Notes: generated by a model from the letters alone, not told the origin. A stretch of 42,809 nucleotides of DNA from an uncultured cyanobacterium (GCA_963766075.1 CAVYAN010000073.1:1-42809); one strand, 5' to 3'. Numbered from the stretch's first letter, positions 29,556 through 38,543 are shown. Numbers and translations: made by a program.

Positions 29556-31259
29556 CTAGAGTGCGGCAATGCCTGCGAGGAGGGTTGGGTCGTCGAGGGA
29601 AAAGGGGCGATCGCTCATCTCGTCTGACTGAACCCCAGTTTGCTGATTGTTCAGGATACCACCGCCATAATTAAGGGTTTGGGTCGGATACGGGATGAAA
29701 TTCCAGTCCGCATCGCCGGAACCTAGCGTTATGGGTTGTTCCAGGGTTGTACCAACGGTTGTTGTCGGTTGGCTAGAGACGGTGGGCGAGGCGATCGCCT
29801 GCACCCAAATTTGGCGGTTCGATAGCATGGGCAAAGCCTGGGGTTCCACCGAAGAGATGGCCGAGTTGGTAGAGGGGGACATTACGGGTAGCGCTTCACT
29901 CCCATTAAGGGCGGACAGATTAGCTCCATCAGGCCCAAGCCCAGTGTGGGCAACCGGGGGGAGAGCCTCCGACATCCAGCCGTCTAGCTCATCGACGGTG
30001 GAGAACAAACTGAGCTGCTGAAATACCTGTGTAAAGGTTTGCCGAGCGGTGGGATCCGTGGAACTGGGGGGCGCGACCCGGGTCATGTCGTAGACGGAGC
30101 TGTTTTGCATCATGGTGTAAATGGCCTGGTCGCGGTTGGCTACCAAGGCTGTGGGGGAAGCGGTAAGGTTGTTGTTGATCCAGGTAGTCGTTTGGTTGGC
30201 GCGGGTGGCTAGGGCCTGCTGAGACTGGGTTTGCAGGGCAGAGAGATCAATCGTGGTGCTGCTGCCCGTTGCGGCAATATCCCAGCCGATGACATCGAGG
30301 GCGCGCAGGTCTAGGGCGGCCACATTACGTCGGGTATTGAGGCTGAGGGTGGGATTCATGATGGCGCTGGTACCATTTTCCCAGTGACTGGCTTGATAAC
30401 CATCACCGTAATTGTAGGTATCTATGCCACTAGAAAAACTCGCAATGCTAGTCGTGCCACCATTCAATGAAAAGTAGTTAGACTTGAAAGTCCCACTGGT
30501 CTTATCATAGGACTGCCCATAGCTCATGTTACGCACTCCTGCTTTTGAATAGCGAAATAGATCCAGGGGATTGTTATATTCCACCCGAGCGGCCATGGAA
30601 GTCCGGTAGGTGCTAGTTGACCCTGGGTCGGGTGTGCTATACCAATCTGTCATCATGCCGTATAAGCCAGGTTGATCGATCCCACTGACAAATCCCAGAA
30701 CATGCCCAATCTCATGAATTGCCGTGCTCAGGAAATCTAAGGTGTTAGTGGCTTGGGTGCTGCTGCGGGTATAGTCATAGCTCCAACGGACGGGCTGACC
30801 ATTAGCGGTCGCGGTTGCCAGATTGCTGAATAGGACATAGCCATCCAAAGCGGTGCTGCCATCCGTCAGACTGATGCCTGCGGCTTTGGCCACAGATCGA
30901 GTCATATTGAGTGTACTAGCGGTGACTGCTTGCACATCGTGATCTCCGCTGTTATTAAAATAGTTATAGTTTGTCGTGTAGTTTGTGGTGTTGGAGAGAC
31001 TGTTAATGGCCGTAGTGTCATCGGCAGATTTGGGTCCATTATTGAGAGCGGTGCGGTAACTTTGATAGCTCTGAGAGGCTCGCATACCGGGGAGGGCACC
31101 GCCAATCACATTGCTGCCTAGGTTCCCCGAAACCCCGACCTGGAGGTTGATGGTGGCATTATCCGTCAGGTATTTGGCCCAGACGCGCCCCGCGATTTCA
31201 AAGCCGAGCATTTGTTGTACTGTTGTACCCGGATCAAAAGTGAAGTTGAAGGTGGCCAT
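29556..31259 (-). CDS. Zinc metalloprotease, HEIGHVLGF type (NF038122-like), paralog 2
   Basis: Same motifs as paralog 1; colinear along its whole length. Confidence 0.8.
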   Translation of the reverse strand: MATFNFTFDPGTTVQQMLGFEIAGRVWAKYLTDNATINLQVGVSGNLGSNVIGGALPGMRASQSYQSYRTALNNGPKSADDTTAINSLSNTTNYTTNYNYFNNSGDHDVQAVTASTLNMTRSVAKAAGISLTDGSTALDGYVLFSNLATATANGQPVRWSYDYTRSSTQATNTLDFLSTAIHEIGHVLGFVSGIDQPGLYGMMTDWYSTPDPGSTSTYRTSMAARVEYNNPLDLFRYSKAGVRNMSYGQSYDKTSGTFKSNYFSLNGGTTSIASFSSGIDTYNYGDGYQASHWENGTSAIMNPTLSLNTRRNVAALDLRALDVIGWDIAATGSSTTIDLSALQTQSQQALATRANQTTTWINNNLTASPTALVANRDQAIYTMMQNSSVYDMTRVAPPSSTDPTARQTFTQVFQQLSLFSTVDELDGWMSEALPPVAHTGLGPDGANLSALNGSEALPVMSPSTNSAISSVEPQALPMLSNRQIWVQAIASPTVSSQPTTTVGTTLEQPITLGSGDADWNFIPYPTQTLNYGGGILNNQQTGVQSDEMSDRPFSLDDPTLLAGIAAL

Positions 31260-31329
31260 GCTTTGTGGTGTGAGAGAGTTACTTGTGAACCGGGTGATTA
31301 AAAGTGATAAATAATACCCGTATGAGCTT

Positions 31330-31413
31330 CTATTCTGGCATTGATGAATGCCTGAGGATAAGCGTAATTCCCAGTATTTATGGGCTTTTCATGGTTCATC
31401 GTTGGTTCATGCA
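31330..31413 (-). promoter_or_regulatory. Upstream element conserved with paralog 1
   Basis: See 29073-29156. Confidence 0.6.
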
Positions 31414-31600
31414 GTGACCTCTTTTGTGAAAACTAGAGGGGTGTTGCTTGTATTAAATTTTATAAACCTCGTCAGTATGGTGATATTACTGATTTGTAAA
31501 GTTGTGGGATGGTGATGGGGCGATCGCCTGCAATTAAATATCGTCAGAGAATGGCGTAGGAGCGCGTTGCTATAGATGGGCGGCATTAAACGGCATACAA

Positions 31601-31694
31601 AGATCCCCGGGATTTCTAAAAATCCCGGGGATCTGAGGGCTTCATCCCTGCATATAAAGTCCCCGGCATTTCTAAAAATGCCGGGGATCTGAGG
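31601..31694. repeat. Two REP-like palindromic repeats
   Basis: agatccccgggattt-ctaa-aaatcccggggatct and tccccggcattt-ctaa-aaatgccgggga, both ending ...gatctgagg. Confidence 0.85.
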
Positions 31695-31717
31695 CTAGAT
31701 CACCCCATCTGCCGGGG

Positions 31718-32065
31718 CTATCCGGCTACGGTTTCGATCAGTCGCCAATGATTATTTGCAGAGATGGCTTGGCTGAGGCGATGGAACACTTGGTGGCAGT
31801 GATTGTCTACTTGTAGGGGTAATTCTTCATTCTTGAGCACAAAGTTCATCCGCACTTCCTGGCCCTTAGAGGTGGTGCGATCGATTAAAACCTCGGCGAC
31901 GACCAGTTGGAAAAACGATACCTTCCCAGGAATTTCGCGGCCCATGATATAGTCTTCAGTCTGATAAATGATATCAAAACCGGCGGAGGTTAAGAGTTCG
32001 CTCACAGCAGCGCGGAGGATTTCAATGGGTGCTGAAACAGTGAATAAGCAGGTATATCGAGCCAT
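31718..32065 (-). CDS. Conserved cyanobacterial hypothetical protein
   Basis: MARYTC...DYIMGREIPGKVSF.QLV..EVLID...KNEELPLQVDNHC. Confidence 0.8.
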   Translation of the reverse strand: MARYTCLFTVSAPIEILRAAVSELLTSAGFDIIYQTEDYIMGREIPGKVSFFQLVVAEVLIDRTTSKGQEVRMNFVLKNEELPLQVDNHCHQVFHRLSQAISANNHWRLIETVAG

Positions 32066-32468
32066 ATTTGCCGTAAGGTTTGGAAGAGCAGAACCGCGCA
32101 CTGACTTTGGAAACCTGGGGGAAGTAAAGCAGTGGAGTGTCTTGGGGAATGGAGTGTATTGGGCGTTTGGCTGTTTCGAGCATCAGGGTGACAGAAGTGG
32201 TCGCCTAGATGAGGAGTCCATTATAGTCAGTTTTGCCTCGGGGATATAGTCAGTGTTGCCCTGAAGACGCGATACGCTTAAATTCGATTTCTAAAACTTA
32301 TTTGTAATCCTGTCACCCTAGTTAGACACCTAGTTAGAGGCTATGACCGATAACTAGAAATCATAACCAGAGTAGCAGATGTGGTGTGGCGGGGGGCTGT
32401 GGAAATGGTTCTCTATCCTGTAGAAAGTTTAAGACCGAGGGTGTTTGGGAAAAGGAATTTGAGACGTT

Positions 32469-33152
32469 ATGACGGGCAAGTTGATTGTGTTTGAAGGGGT
32501 GGAGGGGTCTGGCAAGACTACCCAATTGCAGCGATCGCTGCAGTGGTTGCAAGCGAGTGATGGGTGGCGGTGCGGTCTGCCTGCCGAGGCGCCATTTTTG
32601 GTGACCCGCGAGCCGGGGGGTACCGAGCTGGGGGCCAGCCTGCGTCAGTTGCTTTTGGGCGATCGCCTCCAAGAGGTGATGCAGGATCGGGCGGAGTTGT
32701 TGCTGTATGCGGCGGATCGGGCTCAGCATGTCGCTGGGGTGTTGCAACCGGCATTGGCGGCGGGTCAGTTAATTTTGTGCGATCGCTATACGGATTCCAC
32801 CGTGGCGTACCAGGGGTATGGGCGGGGGCTGGACCTGGAATTGATTCAGCAGCTTAATGCGATCGCGACCGATGGATTAGAAAGTGATTTAACCCTGTGG
32901 TTGAATTTGGATGCGGAAGTGGGACTGGCTCGTGCGACTCGCCGCAGCCAAGCGGATCGCATGGAGCAGTCGGATCTGGCTTTTCATCAACGGGTACAGC
33001 AAGGCTTTACCGCGCTGGCAGCGGCCCATCCTCATCGCATTGTGGCAATTGATGCGGCTCAGCCGCCCGACGCGGTGGCGGCTCAGATTCAAGCCGTATT
33101 GACGAAAAAATTGCGGGAGTGGTTTCCGGGAATCGATTTGGGGTCAATCTAA
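32469..33152 (+). CDS. tmk: Thymidylate (dTMP) kinase
   Basis: FEGVEGSGKTTQ, TREPGGT, LYAADRAQH, CDRYTDSTVAYQGYGRG. Confidence 0.96.
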   Translation: MTGKLIVFEGVEGSGKTTQLQRSLQWLQASDGWRCGLPAEAPFLVTREPGGTELGASLRQLLLGDRLQEVMQDRAELLLYAADRAQHVAGVLQPALAAGQLILCDRYTDSTVAYQGYGRGLDLELIQQLNAIATDGLESDLTLWLNLDAEVGLARATRRSQADRMEQSDLAFHQRVQQGFTALAAAHPHRIVAIDAAQPPDAVAAQIQAVLTKKLREWFPGIDLGSI

Positions 33153-33995
33153 ACTGCGCCCGGTTAATTCCACAAAGATGTCTTCTAGGTTGGCGGGGCG
33201 TACCATCATGCCGGTTTTGTCGGGCTGTTGGTCGAGATAGTGGTTCGCGGCGGCGACGGTGGGGAAAAACGTATAGTCCCAGCGGTCGGGTAGTTGTTTC
33301 ATCAAGAGGCCACTGCCGTGGCGCTGCCGCAGTTCTGCCAGGGTGCCGAGGGCGATGAGGCGGCCAGCGTCCATAATGCCAATGCGATCGCATAAATATT
33401 CCACTTCATCCATGTAGTGGGTAGTGAGCACTAGGGTCATGCCTTGTTTATTCAGATCTCGGAGAATTTCCCAGAGGCGGCGGCGGGTCTGAGGATCCAG
33501 GCCCACGGTGGGCTCGTCTAAAAATAGGATTTGGGGTTGATGCAACAGGGCGCGGGCAATTTGTAACCGCCGCTTCATGCCCCCGGACAGAATTTTTACC
33601 CGATCATGGCGGCGATCGCCCAGATCGACATAGTCCAGCCAGCGATCGATGGCCTGTTGCCGTTCGCCCCGAGGAATATGGTGGAGGCGTCCGTGGTACT
33701 CCATGTTTTCCCACACGCTGAGATCGCCGTCTACGCTAATTTGCTGGAGTACGACCCCGATACAGCGTTTTACCTGGGATTTTTGGCGCTGGATATCAAA
33801 CCCAGCAACCTGGATCTGGCCTTGGCTGGGCTGCGTTAAAGTCGTGAGCATCCGAATGGTGGTGGACTTGCCTGCGCCATTGGGACCGAGCAAGCCGAAC
33901 ATTTCGCCCGCCTGAATGTCGATTGATAAATCAGTGACGACGGGGGTGCTCCCAAAGGTTTTGGAAACATTTCGCAGAGAGACAATAGAAGACAT
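33144..33995 (-). CDS. ABC transporter ATP-binding protein (DrrA/NodI-like)
   Basis: GPNGAGKST, LSGGMKRR, LDEPTVGLDP, TTHYM. Confidence 0.93.
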   Translation of the reverse strand: MSSIVSLRNVSKTFGSTPVVTDLSIDIQAGEMFGLLGPNGAGKSTTIRMLTTLTQPSQGQIQVAGFDIQRQKSQVKRCIGVVLQQISVDGDLSVWENMEYHGRLHHIPRGERQQAIDRWLDYVDLGDRRHDRVKILSGGMKRRLQIARALLHQPQILFLDEPTVGLDPQTRRRLWEILRDLNKQGMTLVLTTHYMDEVEYLCDRIGIMDAGRLIALGTLAELRQRHGSGLLMKQLPDRWDYTFFPTVAAANHYLDQQPDKTGMMVRPANLEDIFVELTGRSLD

Positions 33996-34005
33996 TTATA
34001 TCCAG

Positions 34006-34299
34006 TTATATCCAGGTGGCAACGGGTTTTAGCAGGGGCGGAATGGTGGCATCGGGGTCAAATTCGAGCTGGGTTTCCCGAAGGCCCAAATAGCCGGAGG
34101 CCATAAAGTGGCTCAGCATGCGCTCTAGGGCTACCCATACGTCGGCGTCAAATTCCCAGTCGCGATCGCGGTGGGCGCGCACGGCGATGGATTGCAACGC
34201 CCAAAAGTAGGTGTTCCGAACGACGGAGCCGGTTTTTTTATAGGGGGGAACATCCTCGTGGTGAATATACAAAACCTGATCAATTACTTTGGCTCTCAC
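34006..34299 (-). CDS. Conserved cyanobacterial hypothetical protein
   Basis: GTG start with GAGGA SD; EDVPPYKK.GSVVRNTYFWAL...SGYLG.RET.LEF. Confidence 0.75.
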   Translation of the reverse strand: MRAKVIDQVLYIHHEDVPPYKKTGSVVRNTYFWALQSIAVRAHRDRDWEFDADVWVALERMLSHFMASGYLGLRETQLEFDPDATIPPLLKPVATWI

Positions 34300-34369
34300 G
34301 TTGCTGTCCTCTACCCATCATCCTTCTATGGCGATTTCCAACTATGGCCATGTCCAAAACACAATCCCC

Positions 34370-34590
34370 CGGCTTACTCTATCCACTGGTTATCTGGGTA
34401 TCCTAGGGGCCGTTGCCTACCCTGCGGGAAGTGAACCACGACTCCGTTCAGATAGCTCCAGATTTCTTTCTGGCTGGAGTTAAGACTAGGGAGGGAGACT
34501 CTCTGCCTGCACTTGACCAGCAAAGGATGCTCCCTGAGCGGAGCCGAAGGGAGCATCCTTTGCTGGTAGAACCTTGCCGGAAATCGCCGA
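34370..34590 (+). ncRNA. ssrS: Probable 6S RNA with an insertion in a 3'-side hairpin
   Basis: Contains GGGAAGTGAACCACGACTCCGTTCAG and GCTGGTAGAACC..GCCGG..CGCC segments that I recognise as cyanobacterial 6S-like; rod-like pairings (ggtt/aacc, gcgggaagt/actctctgc, tagctccag/ctggagtta) with G-U pairs favouring the + strand; ends approximate. Confidence 0.7.
34516..34567. repeat. Perfect 20-bp inverted repeat around a 12-nt loop containing a small dispersed repeat-like unit
   Basis: accagcaaaggatgctccct-gagcggagccga-agggagcatcctttgctggt. Confidence 0.9.
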
Positions 34591-34615
34591 AAAGAATTAG
34601 GGCTTCACGACATAA

Positions 34616-35711
34616 TTAGACGCGAATCGGCGGCACCTTGCCCGCTTTTACCAAGCCTTGATAAATCAGGGCCGCCGCATCAGCCCGGGTTAAGGGTTGA
34701 GTTGGGTTGAGGGCCTTGAGGTCAGGATAGTTCACCACCAGCTCGGATTGGGTGGCTTTGGCCATTTTGTCCATGGCCCAGGCGGGGATTTGGGCACTGT
34801 CTTGATAGAAGCTAGCCACGTTGACGGCGGTGGCTTCCTGGAGTTGTAACCCAGTCACGATCGCCACAATGCCTTGTAGTTTGGGGATTGGCTGGGTGGC
34901 CCGGAAATTGCCATCGGTGTAGCCGTTCATAAAGCCGAGTTTGACGGCTTCGTTAATGGCGGGTAAGCCCCAATAGCTGGGCAGGATGTCCTTGAAGGTG
35001 ATCGCGGTTTTTACCGGATTGCGATCAAAGAAGGCTTTTTGCACCATGGCAGCAAATTCGGCTCGTGTCACGGGTTTATCCGGTAGGAAATTGCCGCCAG
35101 CCCCTTCTAGGATGCCGCGCTTCCCCAATTCCTGGATGTAGGGAGTGGCCCAATAGCCGCTCGGCAGATCGGCAAAGCTAATGGTGGTTTTGGGAACCGG
35201 GGGGGAGGCGGGGGGCGCTGAGGCGGGCGGAGCGGCAGGCGGGCGGCGTCAAGGTTGCATCTGGGGGTGGAGATGCGGGAGTGGGTGTTGTGGCGGTACC
35301 GCCAGCGGCATTGAAGGGAACTGTTGGACCGATGGTTGTCCCGGATGGGCTGACAATAGCAGCTTGGGGTGCTCCTTCCTCTGAGGTGCTGCTTGCTCCA
35401 GGGCGGCGCTGAGGCCCGATCTCTGCCGAATTTTCTAACGGAGCAGGAGACAGTTGGGGGGCGGAATCAGGGCTGGGCGTGGGCAGGGGAGACGCTGTGG
35501 GAGCGGCGGCGGGACTGAGGGATAGGTTGGCCAGGTCGAGACCCGTCTTGTTGGGTGTGGTTGTCCACCAAAAAATACCGCCAATGCTGGCAAGGGCAAC
35601 GACAACGGCGATAAATTCATCATGTTTCCGCCGATGGAGCAGTGCGGCGGCTTCGTCGCGACGGCGGGAATCGTCATCCGGAGGCGTAGACGGGGGCATC
35701 GAAAAACTCAT
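34616..35711 (-). CDS. Membrane-anchored S-layer homology (SLH) domain protein; frameshift near 35180-35230
   Basis: N-terminal part has DEFIAVVVALASIGGIFWW plus a Pro-rich linker; C-terminal part has FADLPSGYWA, TRAEFAAM, GFMNGYTDGNF, TRADAAALIYQ. Confidence 0.85.
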
Positions 35712-35833
35712 GTAATTACCTCTAAACACCGGCACCCAATCACCAGTACCCAGTAAACCAGGGCACTCAATGCAACAGCTCTCAGTGGACAAGCTGCTGT
35801 AGAGATTCTACCAGGAGTTTTTTGAGGATTGAG

Positions 35834-37318
35834 TCAGAATGGTAGGGATCTGGCTGGGGATGAAAGGGCGTAGGGATTTTGACGATCGCCCTGAATGGTT
35901 CCCTCCCAGCGAATCCGTTGTTCGGCGGTGCGATCGCCCAAGCTGCGGACCGCCACCAGTTCAATTTCAACGTCGGTGCCTTTGTCGAGGTCATCGGGCC
36001 GGAGGGGCAATTGACCGAGGTTGAGAACATAGCGGTTGTGGTCGCGGGTCACCACCGTTTGGGGCAGCACACCGTCGTAACGGGTGGCGTAGTCCTGGGC
36101 AAAGCGCTCGGCGACACTGGCTTCGCGGGTGCGGTACTTTAGCCGGAATTGGGTCTTGAGCACCGCCGCCTGTTGGCCCAAATCGACCAGAGTCAGTTGG
36201 AGTGATGGGCCGGTTTGGGCAAAGCTGCCAACAGAGAGGCGGGTGACATCCCGTTTATGAATGAGGTGATCAATGGTGTAAAGGGTGCGATCGCCCGTTT
36301 GGGACAGGGTGCCGTCCACCCAAAAATCCTCGGGAAAGACCAGTTGGATGCTATGGCGAGCGTGCAGCGTTGCTTGCACGGGGAAGTCGCCCACAGCAGC
36401 GATCGCCGCTGGGTCCGGCCACACCACTTGGAGGGAGCCTTCAATCCGCCCGACAAATTCCCGATAGTCATCGGCGATCAGTGAACCGGGGGCAAGCAGG
36501 GTCATCGCTCCTGGGCGGGTCTCCCACTTGTTCAGGGACAGGGCGGTGGGCGTTGTCAGGAGTTGTCTGATGGACTGCCTCACCGTGGGCTGGTCCGGCA
36601 GCAACGGAGTGGATTGCTGGACCAGGCTGAGAGTTCCACGCTGGCCCAATTCGCCGCGATCGCCATCGCGCCCATCTTCTCCTGAATTGCCGTCGTAACA
36701 GCGATAGGTTTTCTTCTTGCAGGAGTAGTCAGCACTGCCTGGAGTCCCTTTGCATTTTTCCACGACCCAGGACCGCCGCTGACAGCGACAACCGCGTCCG
36801 CCGCGTCCGCCCTCACCGCCGCGTCCGCCTTCGCCACCCGCCGCCCGGACTAAAATTTGACGCAGGTCGCTGAGATTTTTGTAGTACACCGTTAGGTTGC
36901 CGCCATTGCCACCGTTGCCGCCGCGCCCGCCATCGCCGCCACGTCCGCCTGCTGGGGCGTAAACATCACGCGGTTCGTTGTCGCGATGGGAATCGCAGTA
37001 ATTGGGGCGATCGCCATCTTCTCCATCGCGGCCATCGTCTCCAGTGCGCCCAGACAGATCCAAATTGACCGGGGTCCCTTCTACCAGCACTGTTTGATCG
37101 TCTCCCGATCTGCCAGCAGCGCCATCCCGCCCACGACTACCGCTGGTGCCATCGCTGGCCCAGGTATCCCGACTGTGGGCTGGACTGGGACAGAGCAAGC
37201 CCCCGGATGTCGGTAGCAACGCTGCGCAGAGTAACGCAGCCAGGGCGATCGACACTGTTTTCTGGGTTGTTTGGAGGTGCATGGGTTTCTGAAGGCGCAT
37301 AGGTTTCTGAAGGCGCAT
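35834..37318 (-). CDS. Secreted collagen-like (Gly-X-Y) protein
   Basis: Signal-like segment; GRDGAAGRSG, GRGGDGGRGGNGGNGG and GEDGRDGDRG tracts; start ambiguous among three in-frame ATGs. Confidence 0.8.
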   Translation of the reverse strand: MRLQKPMRLQKPMHLQTTQKTVSIALAALLCAALLPTSGGLLCPSPAHSRDTWASDGTSGSRGRDGAAGRSGDDQTVLVEGTPVNLDLSGRTGDDGRDGEDGDRPNYCDSHRDNEPRDVYAPAGGRGGDGGRGGNGGNGGNLTVYYKNLSDLRQILVRAAGGEGGRGGEGGRGGRGCRCQRRSWVVEKCKGTPGSADYSCKKKTYRCYDGNSGEDGRDGDRGELGQRGTLSLVQQSTPLLPDQPTVRQSIRQLLTTPTALSLNKWETRPGAMTLLAPGSLIADDYREFVGRIEGSLQVVWPDPAAIAAVGDFPVQATLHARHSIQLVFPEDFWVDGTLSQTGDRTLYTIDHLIHKRDVTRLSVGSFAQTGPSLQLTLVDLGQQAAVLKTQFRLKYRTREASVAERFAQDYATRYDGVLPQTVVTRDHNRYVLNLGQLPLRPDDLDKGTDVEIELVAVRSLGDRTAEQRIRWEGTIQGDRQNPYALSSPARSLPF

Positions 37319-37699
37319 AGCGGCAAGAACAGCAATAGCAGGAACGGCAAGAGACTAGGTCCGGGTAACAGGACGCGGGCGGCAAAAATTTGCTCCCCAC
37401 TTTGGTATTTCCATCTGGGTATTCCCGTTTGGGGATTTGCCCTTAGTAATTGTCTACAGGGGTAGCAGGCTAATTCCGGGTAAAGGTTGCGTAGCAGCGC
37501 GATCGCCACATCACGCGTCACATCACGCATCACGGATGCCATTATTTAGAGTGCAGGCTAGTAGAGTGCAGGCTAGAGTAGAGTGCGGAATACTCCTGAG
37601 TGGCCTATGGGTGTTGCTGCGGTGTGACTCGGGCTTTGGGTCTCATTTGTACCAACTTATTCGAGAATAGGAAGATCGGCACAGGTCTACGTGGACACC

Positions 37700-38359
37700 A
37701 TGAACATTGTCAAACGATTTCGGTCAAAAAAAAATTCTGTCAGAGCTTTTCCAGGTGGCGCTGATTTGACGAGAGGGATGGCGTTGCTATGCCTTGCAGT
37801 CCTATGGGTAGGATGTACCCCATCTTCGGGAGTCAAATCCCCCACTCCAACGCCTACCCCTTCTGCTGCGTCGCAAACGCCATTGCCGCCCCCGCCAATT
37901 CCTGTGGCCATGCAATCCTCGCCCCCCTCGAACAAACCTGAAATTACTCAGCAAATTGAGCGTAAGCTCACGGAACTTGTGTCGGGCAATATTGGCGTGC
38001 CGTTGGAAAGCATTGACTGTCCTGCAAAAACCGAACGCAAACCGGGCGATCGCTTTGAGTGCCGGTTAAGTGCCCAAGGCCAATCTTTCATGGTTGGCGT
38101 TGAACTCACCGATGCGAGTGGAAAATTTAAATGGAATACCCAAAGCTTGTTGGTGCTCTCCAAGCTGGAAGCCTTCATCCAACAGCGGCTCAAAGAAAAA
38201 GACCAAGCGGACGTCAAAGCGAACTGTGGGGGCAAAATTCGGGTCACCAAACCGAATGAAGAATTTCAATGCCAAATTACAGATCTTCAGGGACAATCGC
38301 GCACCATCAAAATCTCTGTCAAGGATGATCAAGGGAATGTCGATGTTTTGTTGCAATAG
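37700..38359 (+). CDS. DUF4333-domain probable lipoprotein
   Basis: LWVGC lipobox-like motif, Pro-rich linker, two C-x(~12)-F-x-C units; start uncertain. Confidence 0.7.
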   Translation: MNIVKRFRSKKNSVRAFPGGADLTRGMALLCLAVLWVGCTPSSGVKSPTPTPTPSAASQTPLPPPPIPVAMQSSPPSNKPEITQQIERKLTELVSGNIGVPLESIDCPAKTERKPGDRFECRLSAQGQSFMVGVELTDASGKFKWNTQSLLVLSKLEAFIQQRLKEKDQADVKANCGGKIRVTKPNEEFQCQITDLQGQSRTIKISVKDDQGNVDVLLQ

Positions 38360-38424
38360 GGATGTTTTGTTGCACTAGAACGTGTGCGTATAGGGATGTT
38401 TTGTTGCACTAGAACGTGTGCGTA
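38357..38424. repeat. Exact 34-bp tandem duplication at the gene end
   Basis: tagggatgttttgttgcactagaacgtgtgcgta x2. Confidence 0.95.
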
Positions 38425-38478
38425 GGACAGGGGGCAGCAGACAGGGGCAGGGGGAGAATGGACAGGGCGGGACGGGAT

Positions 38479-38543
38479 TGATGAACTTCGAGTAGGTATT
38501 TCTGCTATTTACTGATGAATTTCGAGTAGGTATTTCTGCTATT
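38479..38543. repeat. 31-bp direct repeat with 34-bp period
   Basis: tgatgaa(c/t)ttcgagtaggtatttctgctatt x2. Confidence 0.92.

Noticed and set aside
27242..31259. Protease pair as a diversity-generating retroelement (TR/VR)
   Set aside because: No reverse transcriptase; differences are not adenine-specific; both copies are full-length ORFs.
33144..33995. Calling the ABC ATPase ccmA (heme export)
   Set aside because: No ccmB/ccmC nearby; the motifs fit generic ABC-2 exporter ATPases.
38342..38543. ~34-bp repeats as a mini CRISPR array
   Set aside because: Copies are adjacent with no spacers, there are only two per family, and no cas genes are present.
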